A stretch of DNA of 12,976 bases, from the IMG/VR virus record IMGVR_UViG_2778261571_000007. One strand, 5' to 3'. This document shows, in pieces, positions 7,886 through 12,976 of the stretch; positions within the stretch are counted from its first letter, which is position 1; the number at the start of each line of letters is the position of its first letter. The position numbers and the translations under genes were made by a program. The stretch comes from a virus (taxonomy: Duplodnaviria > Heunggongvirae > Uroviricota > Caudoviricetes). Below the pieces are notes generated by a model. It saw only the letters and a list, made by a program, of their open reading frames with translations, had not been told where the DNA came from and did not search any database.

Positions 7886-8308
7886 TCACTTCAATAAATA
7901 CCGAACATCCCCCTGATAAAACGACAATATGCGCTGCATAACTTCGCTCTTCCGGCACTCGCGACAGATTATGTTTAGGCGACTGTCGTAGCGACGTATT
8001 TCTCCGTCAGGTAATGACCAGATAAGGTCCGGATCAACCACAACCGGTTTCTTCAGCTTTGCCCTCGATAATTTTTTGCGGGCATTTTGCCAGTCTTTAC
8101 GAGCCTGTTCAGACGGGAATAACCCGTAGCCAGAATTGTATACATCGCCACTGGCAACCAGCTCTCTGGCCAGAACGCTCATCAGATATCTTGTTGCCCC
8201 AGTTTTAGCTTCCAGTTGTCGTAACGTCTCGCGCCCACTCTGGCGTACGAGTTCAAGAACCTGCCCTTTAATTTTTTCCCGCTCTTCTTGTGTAAAAACT
8301 TTTGCCAC
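7886..8308 (-). CDS. Phage-associated hypothetical protein (140 aa), last gene of the rightward early operon; function unknown
   Basis: GTG start at 8306-8308 with a strong AGGAGGG Shine-Dalgarno 5 nt upstream. It lies 40 bp downstream of the replisome-organizer gene. The basic protein has a C-terminal CRECRK motif and no recognisable helicase or helicase-loader motifs. Confidence 0.6.
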   Translation of the reverse strand: MAKVFTQEEREKIKGQVLELVRQSGRETLRQLEAKTGATRYLMSVLARELVASGDVYNSGYGLFPSEQARKDWQNARKKLSRAKLKKPVVVDPDLIWSLPDGEIRRYDSRLNIICRECRKSEVMQRILSFYQGDVRYLLK

Positions 8309-8348
8309 AAGCCCTCCTGAAAATTACCTCATGACCAGAAATTAACAC

Positions 8349-9419
8349 TTACCCCCTGAAGCCCGGCGGAATTTCGTTATCCGGTTCAGAAATATGATTC
8401 ACACAACGCTGGTTGTTCGTGCCGCTTACCGGGAGCAACCAGGGGTTCTCAAAATTCCGGTCCGGTCCAAAAAACGTCGTCGCTCGCTGAACAAATTCCG
8501 TTCCCGTTTTCCCGGTAGCCGCCAAGTATCTTGCGTAACGCCTCACGCCATCCAGCATGGCCTCTGGTGGCACCCCCTCGCGTAATCTGGCCTTCCAGGC
8601 ACTGAAAGCGGATTTCTTCGGGTTTGCCCCAGCACGCAACGGGTACTCCCGCCAGACCTGTTCGAACACATCCGGATAATCCACTCGTCCCACAGACTGC
8701 CCGGTGTTTTCCGGGACTACCCGATCGGCTTCCCGCTGAATGGCGGAATCGGCTTCAGGCTGCTGCAGTTGGTGTGATTGCTCCGCCCTTGCGGTCATCA
8801 CCTGCTGCACAGCGCCCGAATCGGCTTTCAGCGCATACGCTGAATCGGCTTCCGGTGTCGTGCCTGCTGGCTGACCAAGATTGACGGTCTGAACATCCCC
8901 TGCCTGGTTCGTGGCGTTTTTTACGCCATGGACCATAGTGTTTTGATCTTCTTGATCTGTATCTTTATCTGTATCTTTATCTGTCGTGACTCGTCGTGAC
9001 ATGTGCGTGACATTTCGTGACGCGCCGTGACAATCGCCATTTTGTTCCCGCTTTCTTTCCCTCTCTCGCTGCGCCCTCTTGCGCTCTGCAGGAGATTTTG
9101 CGGTTTGCGAAATATTGCCGTTGTCCTCTTTAAGCACCTGGCGTTTTTCCCATCCAGTGATTAAATCACCATCAAGTACCCGCCCCTGCATCGTCTGCAA
9201 AATTGAATCAATTACCTCTTCTGTCACGTCGAGCGCACTTGCCAAATCTTCTGTCGTGACATCAATGTGACCTCGCGTGACATTTCGTGACGCGCTCACC
9301 AGGAGGTGGATATACACTGCCATCACTGTTGCAATTGGCTGTCCTGACACCCTGGCAATTGTTCGCCACTTAGGGTCATTTGGCATGTCATGCCATAATC
9401 TGAGCCAGGCGTTAGCCAT
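8349..9419 (-). CDS. Phage replication initiator / replisome organizer (lambda O-like role), about 356 aa
   Basis: The N-terminus MANAWLRLWHDMPNDPKW resembles the phage replisome-organizer N-terminal domain pattern. The C-terminal segment F.QVW..YP...G...K..A..AW...L......E.......Y resembles the lambda O C-terminal region. Iteron-like repeats lie inside the gene, as in lambda ori. Start is probably the ATG at 9417-9419 (GAGGTGA Shine-Dalgarno); an in-frame GTG at 9425 is also possible. Confidence 0.75.
   Translation of the reverse strand: MANAWLRLWHDMPNDPKWRTIARVSGQPIATVMAVYIHLLVSASRNVTRGHIDVTTEDLASALDVTEEVIDSILQTMQGRVLDGDLITGWEKRQVLKEDNGNISQTAKSPAERKRAQRERERKREQNGDCHGASRNVTHMSRRVTTDKDTDKDTDQEDQNTMVHGVKNATNQAGDVQTVNLGQPAGTTPEADSAYALKADSGAVQQVMTARAEQSHQLQQPEADSAIQREADRVVPENTGQSVGRVDYPDVFEQVWREYPLRAGANPKKSAFSAWKARLREGVPPEAMLDGVRRYARYLAATGKTGTEFVQRATTFFGPDRNFENPWLLPVSGTNNQRCVNHISEPDNEIPPGFRG
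8944..9031. repeat. Putative replication origin core: tandem ATCTKT hexamers followed by five helically phased CGTGAC iterons
   Basis: ATCT recurs at 8946-8976 as (ATCTGT ATCTTT)x2 ATCTGT. CGTGAC then occurs at 8985, 8995, 9006, 9016 and 9026, a 10-11 bp periodicity, all in the same orientation inside the replication gene. Confidence 0.6.
9218..9291. repeat. Second iteron cluster inside the replication gene
   Basis: (C/T)GTGAC occurs at 9255, 9266, 9276 and 9286 with 10-11 bp phasing. One inverted GTCACG lies at 9223, and CTTCTGTC is duplicated at 9218 and 9248. The 21-mer GCGTGACATTTCGTGACGCGC at 9276-9296 is an exact copy of 9005-9025. Confidence 0.55.
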
Positions 9420-9490
9420 ACTCACCTCTTTTGATACCGAATCTTTTTACTCACAAATTGCCGGAAGTGATCCGGTATGAATATTGCGAG

Positions 9491-9916
9491 TCAATGCACA
9501 GCCACAATATTTCCTGCAGGGCCACCACGATTCATCTGGTTGAAACCAGCGATCGCCACTGCGACAAAATCATCAGCGTCTCTCACCAGTCGTTCCCGCG
9601 TCTCCACTAGTTCCCGAAAATAGGCTGAGCTATGGCTGCGCATTCGGGCCACCAGCAGAGGTGGCATTGCTTTTTCGATAGCTGGTAACAACGCCTGAAT
9701 TTTTTCAACTGCATCAGGGGTGTCTTTCTCTACCCAGCGGAAAATTTTCTGGGTATTGCGAGCCAGGGCTTCCGGATGGCTGTCGTCATACAGTTCTGGG
9801 AACGTCATACCCAGTTCAAAATAAGCCCTGGTTATTTCAGCTGCCGGAACTTTTTCACCGTCCGGATGCGCCCAGGCATTCATCGCCATGCGGATGTGTT
9901 CATGCTTGATTTTCAT
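9491..9916 (-). CDS. YdaT-like protein (lambdoid CII-position gene of Rac-type prophages), 141 aa
   Basis: The position directly after the Cro-like gene and before the replication gene, and the length (141 aa), match ydaT of Rac-type prophages. AGGAG Shine-Dalgarno 8 nt upstream. The start overlaps the 3' end of the upstream gene by 17 bp. Confidence 0.65.
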   Translation of the reverse strand: MKIKHEHIRMAMNAWAHPDGEKVPAAEITRAYFELGMTFPELYDDSHPEALARNTQKIFRWVEKDTPDAVEKIQALLPAIEKAMPPLLVARMRSHSSAYFRELVETRERLVRDADDFVAVAIAGFNQMNRGGPAGNIVAVH

Positions 9917-10181
9917 GAATCAAGCTCCTAGAAAGTGGTTGTGTTAACATTTTGGTATCTTCCAGCTCGGGCCAAATATTCATCCAATCAAAAGGCCTTA
10001 GTTGCTGACGTGTAACTTCACCATTACTGGCTCGCTCAATAAGGACACATAACGATGCCCCTAACACTTGACCTTTACTCAATGCCTTTCTTAGATAACC
10101 GATGCTGGTACCACACTCGCATGCAAACATACGCTGTTCATCTGACGAAAGAGAATTGAGAAATATTCTTAATTCTTCCAT
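9900..10181 (-). CDS. Cro-like helix-turn-helix regulator (YdaS family), 93 aa
   Basis: Divergent from the repressor gene. It contains a helix-turn-helix-like segment ...CGTSIGYLRKALSKGQ... followed by GEVTRQQLRP, typical of the YdaS/Cro-like family. AAGGAG Shine-Dalgarno 7 nt upstream of the ATG at 10179-10181. Confidence 0.7.
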   Translation of the reverse strand: MEELRIFLNSLSSDEQRMFACECGTSIGYLRKALSKGQVLGASLCVLIERASNGEVTRQQLRPFDWMNIWPELEDTKMLTQPLSRSLIHENQA

Positions 10182-10204
10182 AGCTACTCCTTAGTAAACA
10201 CAGC

Positions 10205-10286
10205 AAAGAATACCCATAGGTAAACAAAAGTCAATACCCACAGGTTGTTTACCTTGCAGTAATCGCATCTATTATTTACCTATGGA
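10205..10286. promoter_or_regulatory. Divergent immunity-region promoter/operator (OR-like): repeated TACCCA(T/C)AGG / AGGTAAACA motifs with candidate promoter elements on both strands
   Basis: TACCCATAGGTAAACA at 10211-10226; TACCCACAGGTTGTTTACC at 10235-10253; TTTACCTATGG at 10275-10285, overlapping the repressor start codon. Minus-strand -35 TTGACT (plus 10229-10234) and -10 TATTCT (plus 10207-10212) with a 16-bp spacer precede the Cro-like gene. Plus-strand -10 TATTAT at 10270-10275 ends 6 nt before the repressor ATG. Confidence 0.6.
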
Positions 10287-10701
10287 CAAATATGAATTTA
10301 GACGACAGCAACTCATCAAAATTCGTGATGAGAAATGCGATGGTAAAGCGGTTAACGTGGCCAGAAAGATCGGGCGCGAGCCTTCTTATGTATCAAGAAT
10401 GTTGTACCCAGAGGGGAAAAAGGGAAAAAAACGGATCGCTGATGATATGGTGGAGATTATCGAAGAGTCCTTTGGGTTACCCCGGGGATGGATGGATGGT
10501 ATCGTTTCATCATCAACGAACACAGCCTCCAGTTATGAAACAAGGGTTCTAACGCCACGACAACGTATTTTTTTAGATCTCTTAGACGAACTGCCAGAAA
10601 GTGAAGCGGATAACTTATTAAAAACTCTTGAAGAGAAAAAACAGTATTACAATATGATCTACGAAGAAATCCGTAAAAAGAAAGCACAAAACGCATCATA
10701 G
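10282..10701 (+). CDS. Prophage repressor, RacR/CI-position gene, 139 aa
   Basis: Divergent from the Cro-like gene and flanked on both sides by the same operator-like motif. It has a putative helix-turn-helix segment (AVNVARKIGREPSYVSRML) and an acidic C-terminal domain. No Shine-Dalgarno is present, which is consistent with a leaderless transcript. Identity with RacR is inferred from synteny, not sequence recall. Confidence 0.7.
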   Translation: MDKYEFRRQQLIKIRDEKCDGKAVNVARKIGREPSYVSRMLYPEGKKGKKRIADDMVEIIEESFGLPRGWMDGIVSSSTNTASSYETRVLTPRQRIFLDLLDELPESEADNLLKTLEEKKQYYNMIYEEIRKKKAQNAS

Positions 10702-10744
10702 CTCACCAAACAACTAGTCACCAGTTAAGACACCGCAAAAAGTT

Positions 10745-10780
10745 ACCCATGGGTATTTACTTTTTAAATACCTATGGGTA
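10745..10780. promoter_or_regulatory. OL-like operator / hairpin downstream of the repressor gene: TACCCATGGGTATTTA-CTTTTT-AAATACCTATGGGTA
   Basis: A near-perfect 16-bp inverted repeat carries the same TACCCATRGGTA motif seen in the divergent promoter region. It is followed by TCCTTCTTTT, so it could also act as the repressor-gene terminator. Confidence 0.55.
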
Positions 10781-10955
10781 TCCTTCTTTTCATACCAACC
10801 CACCCCGCCCCACAGAATGCAGGGCAATACTTCGAGTTACCAGGCAGTGGTCAGGGGTTAAGTAGCCAGCCCGAGGCGTAAGAACATGACGGCGGGATTC
10901 AAATTTTGCAGTGCAGCAGTTAGTTCCGCCACCCGGCGTTAAGGGGAGAGATAAG

Positions 10956-11090
10956 ATGGTGCATTACGAAGTAGTTCAGTATTTGATGGATTGTTGCGGT
11001 ATCACTTACAACCAGGCTGTGCAGGCTTTACGCAGCAACGACTGGGATCTCTGGCAGGCAGAAGTCGCTATACGTAGCAACAAGATGTGA
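10956..11090 (+). CDS. Small phage ORF, 44 aa (YdaG-position)
   Basis: ATG at 10956 has an AAGGGGAGAG Shine-Dalgarno 6 nt upstream. Translation: MVHYEVVQYLMDCCGITYNQAVQALRSNDWDLWQAEVAIRSNKM. Its size and position between the repressor and sieB match ydaG of the Rac prophage. It is below the ORF-track size cut-off. Confidence 0.5.
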   Translation: MVHYEVVQYLMDCCGITYNQAVQALRSNDWDLWQAEVAIRSNKM

Positions 11091-11100
11091 GATTCGCAAA

Positions 11101-11256
11101 ATGCAAAAAATCGACCTCGGCAACAACGAATCCCTGGTGTGCGGCGTGTTCCCCAACCAGGATGGAACGTTCACTGCCATGACGTATACCAAAAGCAAAA
11201 CATTTAAAACCGAAACTGGTGCGCGCCGATGGTTGGAGAAGCACACAGTAAGCTAA
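11101..11256 (+). CDS. Small phage ORF, 51 aa (YdaF-position)
   Basis: ATG at 11101. Translation: MQKIDLGNNESLVCGVFPNQDGTFTAMTYTKSKTFKTETGARRWLEKHTVS. Size and position match ydaF of Rac. The Shine-Dalgarno is weak. Its 3' end overlaps the convergent sieB stop by 4 bp. Confidence 0.45.
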   Translation: MQKIDLGNNESLVCGVFPNQDGTFTAMTYTKSKTFKTETGARRWLEKHTVS

Positions 11257-11741
11257 CGATTAAAACGTCTACTCCTGCTGTTCCAGAATAACTTCATAAA
11301 ATGGGAGTATTTTTCGGTGACGAGATAATAAGAACAGTTTGCGCTATCACTCTGATGTTGAATGATGCCCTTCCGTTCTAATTTTTTCATAACCGGGTTA
11401 CGGCAAGGAGAAGTGATAATAAGATTTCCTGTTTTAAGGAAATCTTTAAATACAGCGATTTCTTTCTCAGATAAACGAAGCAATACTCGTTGCTCTGGTA
11501 GTAATGAATAATGCTTTTGAATATGTGCTCGCAATCTTGAGAAGGAAATGGCGACCACGAAAGAAAAGGCAAAAACGATAATCTGAAAGAGCCAAGGCAT
11601 TTCAGTATAAGCATTGAATGCGACAGTAAACTCTTTCGGTATCAGCCAGAGAGTGAGACCAAAAATGATAATCGTATACATAAGTCTTTCGAGTGGCTCG
11701 TTAGCAAAAAGTTTCAACAATGGAGTAAATACATCCAACAT
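11253..11741 (-). CDS. sieB: Superinfection exclusion protein B (SieB), 162 aa
   Basis: Begins MLDVFTPLLKLFANEPLERLMYTIIIFGLTLWLIP and has two transmembrane segments with a basic C-terminal part, the SieB family pattern. Start is the ATG at 11739-11741 with a GAGAG Shine-Dalgarno. The 266-aa ORF in the track is an unsupported upstream extension of this gene. Confidence 0.75.
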   Translation of the reverse strand: MLDVFTPLLKLFANEPLERLMYTIIIFGLTLWLIPKEFTVAFNAYTEMPWLFQIIVFAFSFVVAISFSRLRAHIQKHYSLLPEQRVLLRLSEKEIAVFKDFLKTGNLIITSPCRNPVMKKLERKGIIQHQSDSANCSYYLVTEKYSHFMKLFWNSRSRRFNR

Positions 11742-11958
11742 ATCAATAACTCTCAACTGTAAGGGTATTGAAATGTTAACACAAGCTCTCGCTGTAGGGG
11801 TATAGCCGAGACCACCGAAGCCCGGAGGTGGTGAAATAAAACCGGGCACAACACGAAGGCGCATTTCCGATATCCATAAAGAGTCGGTCTTGTCTGTTAA
11901 ATTTAAATGGTGGAGTGCGCCTCCGGTTGTAAATAACGACATTGCTGTGTGTAGTCCT

Positions 11959-12009
11959 GGCGGCATCAGTTTTTTTCTTGAAGTTCGGCTGATGTCCGCC
12001 CTTTTTAAA
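11959..12009 (+). terminator. Strong hairpin (11-bp stem with one bulge, 19-nt loop) followed by CTTTTTAAA; candidate intrinsic terminator or regulatory RNA structure between sieB and kilR
   Basis: GGCGGCATCAG at 11959-11969 pairs with CTGATGTCCGCC at 11989-12000, followed by CTTTTT at 12001-12006. Confidence 0.4.
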
Positions 12010-12181
12010 GTGAATTTTGTGATGCGGTGAATGCGGCTAAGCGCACGTGGCACAGTTAAAAGTCATGTTAGTCCTTATTGGTTTGGGTGGGAAAGCCGAC
12101 TGTAATTGTTAACTGGTTGCAGTCACCTGGAGGCACCAGGCACCGCATCAACAAAGTTCATTTGTAAAAATGGAGATAATT

Positions 12182-12403
12182 ATGATTGCACATCACTTCG
12201 GAACTGATGAAATACCACGTCAGTGTGTGACTCCTGGCGATTATGTTCTTCATGAAGGCCGGACATATATTGCCTCGGCAAACAATATTAAAAAGCGAAA
12301 ACTATATATTCGTAACCTGACCACAAAAACATGCATTACTGACCGCATGATTAAAGTCTTCCTCGGTCGTGATGGTTTACCTGTAAAGGCGGAGTCATGG
12401 TGA
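12182..12403 (+). CDS. kilR: KilR-like cell-division (FtsZ) inhibitor, 73 aa
   Basis: ATG at 12182 has a GGAGA Shine-Dalgarno 5 nt upstream; the ORF-track start at 12170 lies inside that Shine-Dalgarno. The length (73 aa) and position (next to sieB, followed by the small zinc-finger ORF and the RacC-like gene) reproduce the Rac order kilR-ydaE-racC. The sequence [14 protein letters not shown]... is consistent with my recollection of KilR. Confidence 0.7.
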   Translation: MIAHHFGTDEIPRQCVTPGDYVLHEGRTYIASANNIKKRKLYIRNLTTKTCITDRMIKVFLGRDGLPVKAESW

Positions 12404-12573
12404 TGACTAAGAAAATAAAATGTGCTTACCACCTTTGCAAAAAAGACGTTGAAGAAAGCAAAGCTATTGAAAGAATGCTTCACTTCATGCACGGGATTTT
12501 ATCAAAAGACGAACCGAGAAAATATTGCAGTGAAGCTTGTGCCGAAAAAGACCAGATGGCACATGAACTTTAA
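12397..12573 (+). CDS. Small zinc-finger-like protein, 58 aa (YdaE-position)
   Basis: The start ATG at 12397 overlaps the kilR stop (ATGGTGA), implying translational coupling. It has four Cys arranged CxxxxC...CxxxC (KCAYHLC ... YCSEAC). Translation: [58 protein letters not shown]. Confidence 0.6.
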   Translation: MVMTKKIKCAYHLCKKDVEESKAIERMLHFMHGILSKDEPRKYCSEACAEKDQMAHEL

Positions 12574-12647
12574 TTAATTGACTATTCGAAACTGAATTTA
12601 TGCCAGAAATGGCAGGTATTCGCTCAACCTTAATTAAGGAGAAAAAC

Positions 12648-12944
12648 ATGATTACCAATTATGAAGCCACTGTTGTAACTACCGATGACATTGTTCACGA
12701 GGTGAATCTGGAAGGAAAGCGCATTGGCTACGTAATTAAAACAGAAAATAAAGAAACCCCATTCACTGTGGTTGATATCGATGGTCCATCAGGCAACGTA
12801 AAAACACTTGATGAAGGTGTCAAAAAAATGTGCCTGGTGCATATCGGAAAGAATCTGCCCGCAGAAAAAAAAGCCGAATTTCTGGCAACTCTAATTGCAA
12901 TGAAATTAAAAGGTGAAATCTGGGTGATGCTGCCAACTTACTGA
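12648..12944 (+). CDS. RacC-position phage protein; native coding sequence runs to 12922 and the last 7 codons plus stop are supplied by the IS1 inverted repeat
   Basis: Strong AAGGAG Shine-Dalgarno 6 nt before the ATG at 12648. The reading frame enters the IS1 terminal repeat at 12923, which then encodes VMLPTY and the stop. The native portion is about 91 codons, the size of RacC. Confidence 0.6.
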   Translation: MITNYEATVVTTDDIVHEVNLEGKRIGYVIKTENKETPFTVVDIDGPSGNVKTLDEGVKKMCLVHIGKNLPAEKKAEFLATLIAMKLKGEIWVMLPTY

Positions 12945-12976
12945 TTTAGTGTATGATGGTGTTTTTGAGGTGCTCC
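12923..12976 (+). mobile_element. IS1 insertion sequence, first 54 bp (insA-proximal terminal repeat), element continues rightward past the window edge
   Basis: GGTGATGCTGCCAACTTACTGATTTAGTGTATGATGGTGTTTTTGAGGTGCTCC matches the IS1 terminus as I recall it. The insA GTG start would lie just past the window end. This copy is inverted relative to the copy at 1-83. Confidence 0.9.

Noticed and set aside
8136-9480. Plus-strand ORFs (63-86 aa) overlapping the phage replication genes
   Set aside because: Antisense to coding sequences with clear phage-protein features. Their Pro/Arg-rich translations are typical of shadow frames.
10292-10699. Alternative-frame ORFs (86 aa plus strand, 80 aa minus strand) overlapping the repressor gene
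   Set aside because: The repressor frame has the helix-turn-helix segment and the operator context; the other frames are shadows.
11742-12053. N-terminal 104-aa extension of the sieB ORF (the 266-aa version in the ORF track)
   Set aside because: The extension has no protein-like composition and no Shine-Dalgarno at its start, whereas the internal ATG at 11741 has one and yields a SieB-sized protein. The region also contains hairpins, consistent with non-coding DNA.
12250-12492. 80-aa minus-strand ORF overlapping kilR and the small zinc-finger ORF
   Set aside because: Antisense to two translationally coupled plus-strand genes that fit Rac synteny, with no independent support.

Overview
This window is an enterobacterial (E. 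coli/Shigella-like) accessory region bounded at both edges by partial IS1 copies in inverted orientation. All product calls rest on reading the translations and on recalled family signatures and synteny; no database search was run. From left to right it contains: (1) an IS1 end; (2) a chromosomal hok/mok type I toxin locus; (3) a co-directional MFS efflux pump / ChaC-like / LysR regulator operon; (4) a two-gene cassette of a DUF2254-like membrane protein and an orphan BetT-like BCCT transporter, flanked by a 30-bp imperfect direct repeat; (5) a truncated Rac-like lambdoid prophage early region. The prophage part carries a replisome-organizer gene with internal phased CGTGAC iterons, Cro-like and YdaT-like genes, a divergent repressor flanked by TACCCATRGGTA operator-like repeats, two tiny ORFs, sieB, kilR, a small zinc-finger ORF and a RacC-like gene; (6) a second IS1 end fused to the 3' end of the RacC-like gene. 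No tRNA, rRNA, CRISPR array, integrase or phage structural gene is visible. I did not find a clearly novel system; the most interesting signals are the iteron array, the operator-flanked repressor, the repeat-flanked cassette and the IS1 bracketing.
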